Shown: positions 16,529 to 26,678, counted from the first letter of the stretch. The stretch is DNA of 38,879 nt from an uncultured Cytophagaceae bacterium (GCA_903837305.1 CAILUB010000002.1:1-38879); one strand, 5' to 3'. A program made the numbers and translations. The notes: generated by a model not told the origin, from the letters alone.

Positions 16529-16693
16529 TTATTGTTTCGGCAATTCTTTTTGCCTTGTAAAATAATAAGTAAATGCCATTCCAGCGAGCATTACAAAATC
16601 TTTAGCATCGACTTTTCCTGTAAATGTTAAAGCAACTAAGGCGATAGCCATCAAGATAAAAACGATTTTGCTCGCGCTTGATAGGATGTTCAT
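16529..16693 (-). CDS. Putative holin, 54 aa (not in ORF track)
   Basis: MNILSSASKIVFILMAIALVALTFTGKVDAKDFVMLAGMAFTYYFTRQK..; two TM segments, directly after the endolysin. Confidence 0.7.
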   Translation of the reverse strand: MNILSSASKIVFILMAIALVALTFTGKVDAKDFVMLAGMAFTYYFTRQKELPKQ

Positions 16694-16694
16694 A

Positions 16695-17492
16695 TTAGTT
16701 ATTGTTAGTTAATATTATTATCTGTCCCATTTCTGGCAGTTGGGTGACTTCCTGAATATCGGATGTCCAAATGCCCATATCAAGCCCGGCTCGATATGTA
16801 TCAAAATTTATCAATAGGCAGGCTTTGCCTTTGGGATCAAGGGCGTAAACGTCTTTTTCCCCTTTCTTTTTTATTAATTTCATACGTTGATTGATTAAAA
16901 GTTGTTTGTTATAAATAGGTTTGGTGATAAAAAAGTCTGTCAGATCGACATATCCCCTTGAATTAGCATCTCCACAAGCCCAGCTCGCCACTCCGTTCTT
17001 GATTAATAACGGCCTTCCTCCAAAATGCGTATGCGGGCCGGTTGACATTCCTGTGCTTCCCATTTTAGCCAATACATCGCCGCGCTTGTACCACTTGTTA
17101 GCTGTGGCTATTATCTTTGTAGCATGTGCCAAAACAAATTCCATTTTAATCGTATCTCCATTTATTGTCTTGGTTTCTGTTTCAAAAAAGAGAAAATTGC
17201 CATATCCTCCGGCCTCATAACCGACATAAGTAATCCAGCCTTTTTCCAATGGCATAACAAGGTCTGATTCTAATGGTCCGGCAAAGTCATGTCCGTTATG
17301 TACTCTCGGCTTTCCGTCCAGGTATCCATAAACTCCTGTTTTCGCGTAGGGTGTCAATCCGAATTCCTGGGAATATTCAAAACCCCCGCCAATGATGTTT
17401 GAAAACTCATCTGTCCGGCCATTCCAAATAACACCGTTCTTTGCTATCGGGAGAGTAAGGGGGAATAGATCCCTGAAATAACTAACGTCCAT
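16695..17492 (-). CDS. M23 peptidase endolysin
   Basis: HNGHDF (HxxxD), GGYGN, LAHA, GSTGMSTGPHTHF (HxH). Confidence 0.9.
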   Translation of the reverse strand: MDVSYFRDLFPLTLPIAKNGVIWNGRTDEFSNIIGGGFEYSQEFGLTPYAKTGVYGYLDGKPRVHNGHDFAGPLESDLVMPLEKGWITYVGYEAGGYGNFLFFETETKTINGDTIKMEFVLAHATKIIATANKWYKRGDVLAKMGSTGMSTGPHTHFGGRPLLIKNGVASWACGDANSRGYVDLTDFFITKPIYNKQLLINQRMKLIKKKGEKDVYALDPKGKACLLINFDTYRAGLDMGIWTSDIQEVTQLPEMGQIIILTNNN

Positions 17493-17727
17493 ATTTTTTT
17501 CTTAATTTTGTAGATTGATAAATTACCTGGTCAGTTGCTTCATTCATTACTTCTTCGTCTAATTCATCTTGTGATAATTCCCAAATATTACCTCCGTGTT
17601 CGATAGCTCCTTGGGCGTATTTTTCAAAAGCTCTTTGACAAAAGAATTTCAGTGTTCCGTTAATATCGGATAACTGCTCGTCTGTTAATTTATCTTCAAA
17701 TTTTGATGTATCAATTTTTATTATCAT
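17482..17727 (-). CDS. Hypothetical protein
   Basis: 81 aa; KY..G..EHGG..EATDQVIY pattern. Confidence 0.6.
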   Translation of the reverse strand: MIIKIDTSKFEDKLTDEQLSDINGTLKFFCQRAFEKYAQGAIEHGGNIWELSQDELDEEVMNEATDQVIYQSTKLRKKYGR

Positions 17728-17863
17728 TTGGTTTATAAATAAAGTTTAATCTGTCTGCTATTTCCTGTCGTTTAGCATCATTCATTTGCTTTATTGGGCG
17801 ATAGTAGCCACAGCAACGTGTATAAACCTCACAAGACTGTCGTTTTAACGTGTTTGGTGTCAT
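17711..17863 (-). CDS. Stand-alone NrdD-like glycyl-radical domain peptide, 50 aa (not in ORF track)
   Basis: CEVYTRCCGYYRPIKQMNDAKRQEIADR parallels the NrdD C-terminal pattern CEVYSRVVGYLRP..WNxGKxxEFxDR. Confidence 0.75.
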   Translation of the reverse strand: MTPNTLKRQSCEVYTRCCGYYRPIKQMNDAKRQEIADRLNFIYKPNDNKN

Positions 17864-17927
17864 AGTTTTATATTAATGAATAATATTTGCCTGACACCAA
17901 GCGGTGTTAGGGTATAAGACGTTTGTC

Positions 17928-18074
17928 TTATTTCTTTATATGTTTCTTTATAATTTCAATAATGCTTCTAACTATACTGGCTCTTAATCCGTAAATTTCA
18001 GGGTACAAATCAAGGAGTTTTTGGCTCGGCATTTCCTTATCTCTGATTTCTTTGATTAAGGCGTTTAAATTCAT
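17928..18074 (-). CDS. Small hypothetical protein, 48 aa (not in ORF track)
   Basis: MNLNALIKEIRDKEMPSQKLL...; starts 3 nt after the upstream stop. Confidence 0.5.
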   Translation of the reverse strand: MNLNALIKEIRDKEMPSQKLLDLYPEIYGLRASIVRSIIEIIKKHIKK

Positions 18075-18077
18075 AGC

Positions 18078-18902
18078 TTATCTATTAATAATTTCTACGG
18101 CTTTTTCTTTTGAAAAAAATGTTGTGGTCGGACTTCCTATTCTGGCTGGTTCGCACATTAACCTTTCAGCGTATTCGGGATAATCAAGGTAAGCTCCACA
18201 ATCTACAACGTGCTGTTCAACTTCAGTTAAGGTGCATCTTTGTATATTAGGAATTAAAGCAAGAGGTTCTAAATATCCTATTAGGTGATTATGATTGCCA
18301 AAATAGCAATCGCAACCTCTGACTATGTTTCTCATCTTGTCTGTGCGGTTTAACTTGCCCCCATTAGTGCCTCCGCCTCCTGTGGTGTGCTGAATATAAC
18401 AAGAATAGGTTTGTCCTGTCCTATGGGGCAAATCTCGCCATTTTATAGGTGTTCCGTGCTTAGGTGGTCTGCCTACTTTTAAAAAAAGAAGACAACTAAC
18501 TCCGCAATAAACTATTTTTCTTTTCTCCGTGCTTAATCTTTGACAAAAACTATTAAGAAGTGAGTAATTAGCAAAGTCTATAACTCGGTGTTCGTGGTTT
18601 CCGTCTGTGACTCCTATGATCTTATCGGCAACTGGTTTGAATAACTCTACTGCGTAATCTTCTTCTTCGCTTTTAATTCTTGTGTTTTTAGAAAAAGGTG
18701 TTGTTTTACTTATTCTGGTTGATACGTTTAAAATATCACCATTTAAAAACAGCCTTGCATTTTCGTTTTGTTCAATTCTTTTTATTTTTTCTTTTAGTTT
18801 TTTTTCAGCTCTGGCGGTGAATGCTTCATCTCCTATGTGAATATCGCCTATAACGTGTAATTCTGCTATTTCATCAGGGATAATCTCCGTAATGATTTGC
18901 AT
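18078..18902 (-). CDS. Calcineurin-like metallophosphoesterase
   Basis: GDIHIG, NGD, GNHE, QH, NHNH motifs. Confidence 0.85.
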   Translation of the reverse strand: MQIITEIIPDEIAELHVIGDIHIGDEAFTARAEKKLKEKIKRIEQNENARLFLNGDILNVSTRISKTTPFSKNTRIKSEEEDYAVELFKPVADKIIGVTDGNHEHRVIDFANYSLLNSFCQRLSTEKRKIVYCGVSCLLFLKVGRPPKHGTPIKWRDLPHRTGQTYSCYIQHTTGGGGTNGGKLNRTDKMRNIVRGCDCYFGNHNHLIGYLEPLALIPNIQRCTLTEVEQHVVDCGAYLDYPEYAERLMCEPARIGSPTTTFFSKEKAVEIINR

Positions 18903-18903
18903 A

Positions 18904-19191
18904 TTATTTTTTTAAAGTTGTTTTTATCCAAGCAAGGTCTGTTTGAATTTGAGCAAGCTGCGCTTCTATCTTTGCGTTAATTATTTGATAATCATCAACC
19001 TTATTTTCCATTATACCTATTCGGTAAAAAGCATAACTGAATACGGCCATAATAATAGCCATTAATAAACCTATTATCCAAATAAATTGGGTGTTTTTAT
19101 CGCAAGCATCAATTTTGTCGGCTAGACATTTTTCTTTGTCATCGCAATCTTTTTTGGTGACTAAGTTTTCTTCACTTGTAATTGTGACCAT
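18904..19191 (-). CDS. Single-TM coiled-coil protein (holin/XhlA-like)
   Basis: One TM segment followed by a heptad tail; follows the tail genes. Confidence 0.55.
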   Translation of the reverse strand: MVTITSEENLVTKKDCDDKEKCLADKIDACDKNTQFIWIIGLLMAIIMAVFSYAFYRIGIMENKVDDYQIINAKIEAQLAQIQTDLAWIKTTLKK

Positions 19192-19208
19192 ATTTTTATT
19201 TTTATAGA

Positions 19209-20018
19209 TTAGTCGGCATTTACGACATAATCTTTTGCAAAATACCTATCAAAATAGATTCTAAAATTTTGAATGACGCCGTATCTATTGCTGTATGAGG
19301 ATAGATAATATAACTGGATTAAGTCATTTTTAGCGACCGTGATATCTTCAGAATAATTTATATATGTTTCTGTTGTATTTGTCCTTTCTGTACCGACTGC
19401 TGTTCCATTAACATAAATTATCGCTTTGCCATAGCCACTTGCATTTCCATTCCAATTCGCCTTTAAATCAAACTTAACCCTCACTGTACCAGCAAATCTA
19501 ATTTTAATTTCCTTGCCTAGTACATAAGAGGTATTATTGGTTGATCTCTCTGTATCCGCGCTTGCCTGTAAATTATCTGAGGCAACAACCATTATTTCGC
19601 GCTGGGTTGTTTTGTCTATTAATAATTCTGTTGCCGATATAGCAACACCAACCTTAATGACATACGTTCCTGGTGTAGTTCCTATCGTTCCGTCATCTTG
19701 GACATAGTATTTTTTTCCGACATCAAGACTTGATAGTCCTCTAACAGTTCCGGATAACTGAACGGCCATGGCAGCGTTTGCGCTTCCAGCTTCAAGAGCA
19801 AAGCCGTCAAAGTTTAACCTGGTCGTATCGTTTGCGTCGCAATATTTCCATTGATTAGCTGTATCGTCTAAAAATACCGGTCTAAGAGCTGTTATGGTTT
19901 CGGCTGCTTGAATGTCATCACGAAAACCGCCCGCGTCGTTGACGTTTTGAGATATTTGGTTTAGATCCGTGGCGTTGACTTTCTCGCCAGCCGCGTAATT
20001 GTCTTTAGCTTCTGCCAT
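19209..20018 (-). CDS. Virion tail fibre/appendage protein
   Basis: Beta-rich; LDVGKKYYVQDDGTIGTTPG..VGVAISATELLI; start re-called at MAEAKDNY. Confidence 0.65.
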   Translation of the reverse strand: MAEAKDNYAAGEKVNATDLNQISQNVNDAGGFRDDIQAAETITALRPVFLDDTANQWKYCDANDTTRLNFDGFALEAGSANAAMAVQLSGTVRGLSSLDVGKKYYVQDDGTIGTTPGTYVIKVGVAISATELLIDKTTQREIMVVASDNLQASADTERSTNNTSYVLGKEIKIRFAGTVRVKFDLKANWNGNASGYGKAIIYVNGTAVGTERTNTTETYINYSEDITVAKNDLIQLYYLSSYSNRYGVIQNFRIYFDRYFAKDYVVNAD

Positions 20019-20035
20019 ATAATAAAATTTAATAA

Positions 20036-20590
20036 TTAAGCTGATGCGAAAGTATATTTGCAACTTACAACCAAAACGATTGTATTTGATTTAACCCAGC
20101 TAAAGCCTGCAATATGACTCCAAAGACTTCCTGTGTCGGCGCTCGCTGTTCCTCCGATAAAGTTTCCAAACTCCGTGTAAGTTCCGTTACACTCTGTTTC
20201 GGTAAAGTAGGCTGTACAATATAAGACATTTGAAACGTCTGTCCCGCTCGCTGTGGCGTTTCTGTATGCTTCAGTGGTTAGTTTAACGTCTGTCGCTGCT
20301 GGTGTCGGTGTGCCTGTTCCTAGAGCCATTTTATTGATATAGCAATTATGAGCGTTATTATCACCAAGGGCGTGGGTTAGCGTGGCAAACCCAGCGTTGC
20401 AAATTACGTTTTTATGGTAATCAACATCAAGAAGTTTTCCCAATCGATAGAATTCTATTAATTTAGGAAATTGCTTTCTTAATTTTTCAATTCCTCTGTT
20501 GAATAACCTTTCAATCCAGGTGAGCGTTGATTGATCGTAACGCTTGGCGGTTATTTCGCCTAAGACTTTTACATTTTGATTGTCTTGCAT
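20036..20590 (-). CDS. Tail tip/baseplate protein
   Basis: KNVI..G, MALGTG..AATDVKL..E, ECNGTYTEFG pattern of tail-fibre N-terminal domains. Confidence 0.7.
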   Translation of the reverse strand: MQDNQNVKVLGEITAKRYDQSTLTWIERLFNRGIEKLRKQFPKLIEFYRLGKLLDVDYHKNVICNAGFATLTHALGDNNAHNCYINKMALGTGTPTPAATDVKLTTEAYRNATASGTDVSNVLYCTAYFTETECNGTYTEFGNFIGGTASADTGSLWSHIAGFSWVKSNTIVLVVSCKYTFASA

Positions 20591-20604
20591 ATATTGAAAT
20601 TTAA

Positions 20605-23127
20605 TTAATAAACATACATTGATATATCGAGCAGTCCTTCTCTTTTGCGGTCGTAGATCTCCTGTTCCCCAACATCATAAAACGTAGCAGGAGAATTTTG
20701 GTTGTTGTATTCGGTGGTTACCCATTGCTGTGTAAATGCTGTTGAACTACTATAAATTCTATATTCATCAAGATACCCTTTCATCGCTTGAGTAGCGTTA
20801 TTAATACTAATGTATGTTGGAGACTCAACTGTACCGACTGTGTATGTTGATGTTGTTGATTTTCTTAAAACAGAATTTACATAACATTTATGTTCACCAG
20901 AAACATTGTCAATAATAAATAGTAAATGATAATAAGAACCAGCAGAAATAATACCAGAATGAGCAAAACTTATTCTTCTTTCAGTACCGCCATCATCTTT
21001 TCTCCATCCGAAAGACATATTATTTAAATCTTTTACAAGATAAAATAAATTTTTTGAATTCGTATCTGTACCTATCATCCCAAAATCCGTTCTGGACATA
21101 TTATCAAAATTGATAAGCAAACTAATCACTATTGTTGGTGGGGTTAAAACAGCAGCGTTTAGATTTATATAGTCTGCATTTCCATCAAATTGATATGCTT
21201 TATTTATTTTACCATCTACTTGTGTTGCTCCCGTTACCGTTCCATTATTTCCGCTCGCTGAACTATCATTCGCATTAGCTTGAAAATGTCCGATGTATTT
21301 AGCATTAGCTCCCCAAACATTCTGTGCTCCATAAGTCGCATCTACCGCATAATCTTCCGCACTTGCGTTGCCGTAATAAAGATAAACGATAGTATCGGTT
21401 GAGCTTGAAACGCTTGGGATTTTAGCGTGGACTTCGCCTGTCTTGGTCGCTGTGTCGCAACTAACTATTTCACGAGGACACTCTGTTGTTCCGTTTGATG
21501 TGGTAATTCTAATATCTCCGCCTCCGTTTTGGACATTCGCCCAAAAGTCATCACCCAGTAAGGACAGGTCAATGTAAAGCGGGTAATCGGTTAAATCACC
21601 GCCTACTTTGGTATGGTCAATGGTGATCGCAATTCGTCTGGTGAAATCTTCATTTGCATACCAAGCCCCACCAGTTAAAATTTCGTGAGATAGGGGAGTA
21701 TGCGGTGCCAAAACGAATATCGGGGGCGTGTTGGCTCCAAAGGGGTCTTTTAAAATACTTTCTGCTACGCCTATACTTTGAAGATCCTCATAGGGTGTTA
21801 TTCTTGTTATTTCCTCGGTTACTTCAATCGTCTGATTATCAACATAATCTTTCTCTAAAACTTCGTTTTCTGAAACGGTAATTTGTTTGTTTTGTGCCAA
21901 AAGTAATTTCTGTAAAAACTCTACAATGCCGATAGTTCGCATTGTGGCCAATTCAACAGACCATTGCCCCTCGGTCGGGGTTCGCATACTAAGCGTTACT
22001 CTCTGGATTAAATAATCCTCGTCAAGACTTCGGATAGTGGATTGAATATTGATAACCTGACCGCTTCGCAAACCTGATTCATAAGTTTCAAAAGAACATT
22101 CGGAAATCTTTGAAGCATAAGCCTCTAATTGAGAAGCGCCGTATTGTCTGGCTTCTTCGATTGATTTAATATCTTTATTCGTAATGGCAAATTCATATTC
22201 GCCGTATTCTATAATACTTACGTCATCTTGGACTTGAACCACTATCGGAATTAAAGGAAGTCCTGAAACGACAATCCCGGCCGTGTCTGCCGGTGCTGAA
22301 ACGAATCTGATATATTTCTCATTGTAATTCCACAAAACATCGTAATTCGCGTCTAGGTCAAGATAATCTATACCTACATCTTGGCTTACGCCTCCAACTG
22401 TGACTGTCGGTTTGGCGGAATACTTATAGCCCAAAGCAAAAGTCTTTTTTGTGCCGTCACCGATAAAGTTTTCATCTCTTGAATTGCCGACATACTCGCC
22501 CCCACGGACATAAACCCTATTTCTCATCTGACTTAGATCGTCTTTAACAACTAGGGATTGAAAAATGTAATATCCGTTTGTATCTGTTAAATTATATGGT
22601 GCTAATTCTGTATTCTTAGCAAAAAAATGAATGTCTTTGTCATAGTCTACATACCAGTTATAATTGACCTGCTCGGCTAAGATTTGAAGACATTGAGAAA
22701 CGGGTAAGCGATTAAAAGTGATAGATTTTATCATTACTCCGCAATCGACATTTGCAATGGTAAAGCCGGTAAGATAATTGGTATTTATATCTGAAATAAT
22801 CTCATCGATAGTTTTGTCTTCGTATTTCTCGATAACTAAAGCTCGGTCTAAATAGTGCGTCCAATCCTTACACTGGACTTTGTATTTTAATAAAAGCCCC
22901 TCGATTTCTTCTTCTAATTGAATTATCAAACCTGCAAATATCTTGGTCGTTCCATCTTGAACGGTGATTTCATCGCCGACGCTGGGTTTCCAAGAATGTG
23001 AACCATATTTTTTGGTTTCAAAAGAACAGGTATCAACCTGGATATTTAAAATATTTTCAATGGAAAAACTCGTCCAATTAATGTAGGCGGTGCGATCTGT
23101 TGATTCGATTGTAACTGTTATGTTCAT
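20605..23127 (-). CDS. Tail hub protein with DUF2341 and LamG/ConA-like domains
   Basis: Hub-like N-terminal region after the tape measure gene; RRIAITIDHTKVGGDLTDYP..GGDIRIT..VYLYYGN (DUF2341); DGKINKAYQFDG..KGYLDEYRIYS (LamG). Confidence 0.85.
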   Translation of the reverse strand: MNITVTIESTDRTAYINWTSFSIENILNIQVDTCSFETKKYGSHSWKPSVGDEITVQDGTTKIFAGLIIQLEEEIEGLLLKYKVQCKDWTHYLDRALVIEKYEDKTIDEIISDINTNYLTGFTIANVDCGVMIKSITFNRLPVSQCLQILAEQVNYNWYVDYDKDIHFFAKNTELAPYNLTDTNGYYIFQSLVVKDDLSQMRNRVYVRGGEYVGNSRDENFIGDGTKKTFALGYKYSAKPTVTVGGVSQDVGIDYLDLDANYDVLWNYNEKYIRFVSAPADTAGIVVSGLPLIPIVVQVQDDVSIIEYGEYEFAITNKDIKSIEEARQYGASQLEAYASKISECSFETYESGLRSGQVINIQSTIRSLDEDYLIQRVTLSMRTPTEGQWSVELATMRTIGIVEFLQKLLLAQNKQITVSENEVLEKDYVDNQTIEVTEEITRITPYEDLQSIGVAESILKDPFGANTPPIFVLAPHTPLSHEILTGGAWYANEDFTRRIAITIDHTKVGGDLTDYPLYIDLSLLGDDFWANVQNGGGDIRITTSNGTTECPREIVSCDTATKTGEVHAKIPSVSSSTDTIVYLYYGNASAEDYAVDATYGAQNVWGANAKYIGHFQANANDSSASGNNGTVTGATQVDGKINKAYQFDGNADYINLNAAVLTPPTIVISLLINFDNMSRTDFGMIGTDTNSKNLFYLVKDLNNMSFGWRKDDGGTERRISFAHSGIISAGSYYHLLFIIDNVSGEHKCYVNSVLRKSTTSTYTVGTVESPTYISINNATQAMKGYLDEYRIYSSSTAFTQQWVTTEYNNQNSPATFYDVGEQEIYDRKREGLLDISMYVY

Positions 23128-23129
23128 AA

Positions 23130-24617
23130 TTAATACGCATATTTAGTAGTCATTCCTAATTTCTTAACGATTGCATCACCGATTTGTTCCGCTACTCGAT
23201 TATTCAAAAGTGTATTTCCAGTGATATTAATTGTTATTCCCCCACCTAATTTATTATTTGGAGTTATCGAACCGTTTGATCCAGGTGTAAATAGTTCTGG
23301 TCCTCTTTCACCGACAAGATAGGTTGTGCCTGAACTGACAGGTCCGCCGATCGCTCTACCTCCGCCAAAAACATTGCTTATAGCGTTGCTGGCAGATTGT
23401 ATAAAATTTAATTTTTGTATTTTTTCAATAAGAGTATCTATAAAAGTGATTACCCTCGATAAAGTAGTCGTCAAGCCGTCCCAATATTCTTTAAATTTAC
23501 CTATCCAATAATTTACGGTTTCTATGGCTTTAGTTAAGCCAATCGTCATTATTATAATAAGTCCCTCAATAGCCTTAACCGTCGCTATAATAGCCCCATA
23601 AAGGATAACGCCTATAATTTTGGCGAAAGTCTCAATAAAAGGCATTAAAGGCTGTAATTGTTCCCAAAGCTTTTTTAATTCAGGCTGTAAAGACATTCTA
23701 AATACAAGCGCAACATCATTCCAAGCATTTTTAAGTATGGTTATTAATCCTGTTTTAGCCTCAATAAAATTCATTAAAGCGGTTATTTTTTCATTCATAT
23801 AAACGACGATTCCACCTGCGTTTCTGACGACTTCAACAAATCTGGCAACTTCGTTTAAAGCTTCTTTGGTTGTTCTTACAAAATAGAGCATTACCGGCAC
23901 TAATTGATCACCGATAGCCGCTTTCACATTAAATATTTGTGTGCTTAACTGCGCTTGCTCGCCCGTTAAAGTTTTTGATGCCCTGGCCGCGTCTCCTTGA
24001 AAAATAGAGGCTTCTTTGAGTATTCCGTTGTAGAGTGCCATTCTCACGCCCGCATCACTAGTTACATTCTGCAAATCCATTTGTGAATAACCGGCTTCTT
24101 TTAAAATAATAGAAAGGTTTTTTGTAATACCGGCGTTATCAACCAATATTGAATTTTGATTTTTAATACCCTCGGTAGCCCCCCTAATCGAATCACCAAA
24201 CCCAAGCGAAGCCTGCCTATTGAAAGCGGCTGAATCCTTAAAAGCGTTCATTAAATTAATAGCTTCTGGCAAACTGAATTTAGATGCTAAAAGATTTTTT
24301 AAACCTGCGGCCGCTTCACTTACAGTCATTAAACCGTCTTTTGCCAAGTCTTGCGCAGCCTTCTTTGCTTTGTTTGCATCCTGATTAAAAGCATTCGCCA
24401 CACTATTTAACCCGATTAAGGAATTATTTAATGTATTGCTGGCGTCCGTCGTTTGTTTCAGAACATAGCCAAAACCGCCTGCGGCAACTCCGATTGCAAC
24501 GGCGGCTTTCTTGGCAAACGAGCCAATAGCTTCAAGACTACCATTGACTTTATTTATCTCCTTGCTGGCGTTGTCAACGGCACTAAGGACAATTTTTAAT
24601 TCTTTTGAATTAGACAT
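23130..24617 (-). CDS. Tape measure protein (short, 495 aa)
   Basis: LKIVLSAVDNASK, LVDNAGITKNLS, Trp-spaced helical repeats, GRAIGGPV..YLVGERGPELF. Confidence 0.9.
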   Translation of the reverse strand: MSNSKELKIVLSAVDNASKEINKVNGSLEAIGSFAKKAAVAIGVAAGGFGYVLKQTTDASNTLNNSLIGLNSVANAFNQDANKAKKAAQDLAKDGLMTVSEAAAGLKNLLASKFSLPEAINLMNAFKDSAAFNRQASLGFGDSIRGATEGIKNQNSILVDNAGITKNLSIILKEAGYSQMDLQNVTSDAGVRMALYNGILKEASIFQGDAARASKTLTGEQAQLSTQIFNVKAAIGDQLVPVMLYFVRTTKEALNEVARFVEVVRNAGGIVVYMNEKITALMNFIEAKTGLITILKNAWNDVALVFRMSLQPELKKLWEQLQPLMPFIETFAKIIGVILYGAIIATVKAIEGLIIIMTIGLTKAIETVNYWIGKFKEYWDGLTTTLSRVITFIDTLIEKIQKLNFIQSASNAISNVFGGGRAIGGPVSSGTTYLVGERGPELFTPGSNGSITPNNKLGGGITINITGNTLLNNRVAEQIGDAIVKKLGMTTKYAY

Positions 24618-25112
24618 CTTTCTTTTTTATTAATTGATTTCTGGCTGAAATAATATCAAGGTAGGTTCTTATATCTGTTAAGCGTTCATTTCTGATTTGG
24701 CTTGGCGTCCAGCCGTATTCACGGCTCAACATTTCCATAACTAATTCAGCGGGCGGTTGTGCTTGACCGTCCATTGCTTTCATTAATTCGTATTCGTCTG
24801 TTTTTTTTTAGGGTTTGTTACTTCATCAATTTCTGAATAAAGATAGTCACCGTCATCTGCTGACAAATTGTCAATCCACTCCCGGCTGAATTGTTTTTTC
24901 TCTCCGTTCTCTCTGATTTCTTTTACGCAAACCTCGAAAGCCTTATATTTGCTTTCCCTGATTGAATTCGGATTAAATCCATTTAATCCCTCCATACCCA
25001 TTTTTACACCGTTTAATATGACTGACTGGATTTCTTCTTTTTCCCCCCAAGTTAAGAATGAAACAATATCAACCTCACATTTGGATAATTTGATTGTTTT
25101 TATTTCTCTCAT
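24610..25112 (-). CDS. Tail assembly chaperone G (24783-25112) and -1 frameshift product GT
   Basis: A9 run at 24801-24809 near the end of G; the -1 frame continues TDEYELMKAM..LSREYGWTPSQIR.. to a stop overlapping the tape measure start. Confidence 0.85.
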
Positions 25113-25113
25113 A

Positions 25114-26085
25114 TTAGTTATAGCCGACTACGGTATTAGTTAAGACGATAGCAACCATTTGCGTATCGCTTGAACTATACAGAGCCTTGAATGTTAATGT
25201 TTCTTTTACAATTCCATCCAAATCATCTGATTTAGCCCATTCGGTCAATTTGACTTTGGCAAGATCAATTTTCAATGTTGGGTTTGAAGTCGCGCCGATC
25301 GTGGTTGTAGTATCCTGTATATTTATGCGGATGGCTTTTTGCGTCCCTGCTAAAGCTAATGCTTTATATGTGGTAGCGTCATAGAGTAATTCAATCTTTC
25401 CGGTAATAGAGAATTGCTTGTTAAGATAATCATTAGGCTCGTATGATCCAAGAATATCATCGCTTACGATATTCTTATCAAACTTAATTTCTACGTTTTT
25501 AACACTGATTGCGCTCGCGGCGTCCAGCGTTGCCAGGGAGGCGGCAACTTTTACCGTTACATCTTTAGCTAAGAAATTATAATCGGCAACATAAGCTGGG
25601 TTGTTTGTTGAGGCTGCGCCTAATTTAGCCTTAACAGCGGCTTCAAATTCAACAAATTTACCCAATTCTGCTTTTATGGTTAAATTATCTATCGCCCCAC
25701 AAGCGAATTTAAGCTGTTCGTTGGGGTTTTTAGCTTCAATAGTCAAGGTCGGATGTTGAGCGCTCTGTAGCAAGGCGCAAGTATGATTGTAAGCAGTGGT
25801 TTCTTTTGCTGCTGATGTAATAGTACCAAGTAAAGCACGCAACCAATACCCGAAAGAATTGGCAGTAATATTACCTGATAGTTTTCCCTCTGACCATTTC
25901 TTCGCAATTTTTATATCTGCGGAGTCTTCAATTACCCCCAAAGAACTTTCATCGATGACAGCATCGAATTTGTCGTCAAAATCAGCATTGACTTTAGACA
26001 ACCAATAAGAGGGAGCAACTGCCGTTCCCCTGGTGGCCTCTCTGCCAATTCCGACTTCAATTTTTCTACCGATAAATTTTGTCAT
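25114..26085 (-). CDS. Major tail tube protein
   Basis: IGREATRGTAVAP N-terminus, beta-rich; lies before the chaperone and tape measure genes. Confidence 0.85.
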   Translation of the reverse strand: MTKFIGRKIEVGIGREATRGTAVAPSYWLSKVNADFDDKFDAVIDESSLGVIEDSADIKIAKKWSEGKLSGNITANSFGYWLRALLGTITSAAKETTAYNHTCALLQSAQHPTLTIEAKNPNEQLKFACGAIDNLTIKAELGKFVEFEAAVKAKLGAASTNNPAYVADYNFLAKDVTVKVAASLATLDAASAISVKNVEIKFDKNIVSDDILGSYEPNDYLNKQFSITGKIELLYDATTYKALALAGTQKAIRINIQDTTTTIGATSNPTLKIDLAKVKLTEWAKSDDLDGIVKETLTFKALYSSSDTQMVAIVLTNTVVGYN

Positions 26086-26091
26086 ATTGTT

Positions 26092-26262
26092 TTATTTGTT
26101 ATTTATTAAGTCTTTGGCCTTTCGCTCGGCTTCTTCCTGCGATGCAGCCTTGACGGTAATTTGTTTACCGCCGATATTTGAAAAGAAATATTCTTCCTTT
26201 GTTTCTATTTTTGTTTCTTCGCTTATTTTCAAAGCCTTGTTTTCAAATTTCTTTATTGACAT
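26092..26262 (-). CDS. Small hypothetical protein, 56 aa (not in ORF track)
   Basis: MSIKKFENKALK..YFF..TVKAASQEEAERKAK; fills the gap before the tail tube gene. Confidence 0.65.
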   Translation of the reverse strand: MSIKKFENKALKISEETKIETKEEYFFSNIGGKQITVKAASQEEAERKAKDLINNK

Positions 26263-26266
26263 ATTT

Positions 26267-26677
26267 TTAAGTTAAAGTATAAAGCGCATAACAATCGATG
26301 GCGAATTCTAAAACTCTCATGTTGATTTCTCTGTCTACATATCCGGAAATACCTTTGATATTTACCTTGTGGCAATTACCTCCCAAATCCCAATCATCCT
26401 CAAATTTTGCAATTATAGTATCAAGCAAGGCTTCTAGCGTTGTTTCGGCTGTTGAAGCACCGGCTCCGTCTGCTTCCATTTCTTGATATACTTTGATCTT
26501 GAATGTGTATTTTCTTTCGTCCTCTGTGTTCGTTTCATAAATGCAATCAATTCCCTCTAGTGTAATAACCGCTGACGGATAACCGTCTAAATTCCCCTTT
26601 TCATATCCGTAAACGTTCTTAATACCTGTAATAGCTTGAATATGGGCTGATATGGCTGATTTTATGGCACTATACAT
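26267..26677 (-). CDS. Tail terminator protein
   Basis: Acidic, YPSAVI motif, synteny. Confidence 0.7.
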   Translation of the reverse strand: MYSAIKSAISAHIQAITGIKNVYGYEKGNLDGYPSAVITLEGIDCIYETNTEDERKYTFKIKVYQEMEADGAGASTAETTLEALLDTIIAKFEDDWDLGGNCHKVNIKGISGYVDREINMRVLEFAIDCYALYTLT

Positions 26678-26678
26678 A

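Noticed and set aside
19209-23127. Diversity-generating retroelement targeting tail genes
   Set aside because: No reverse transcriptase and no template/variable repeat pair were seen.
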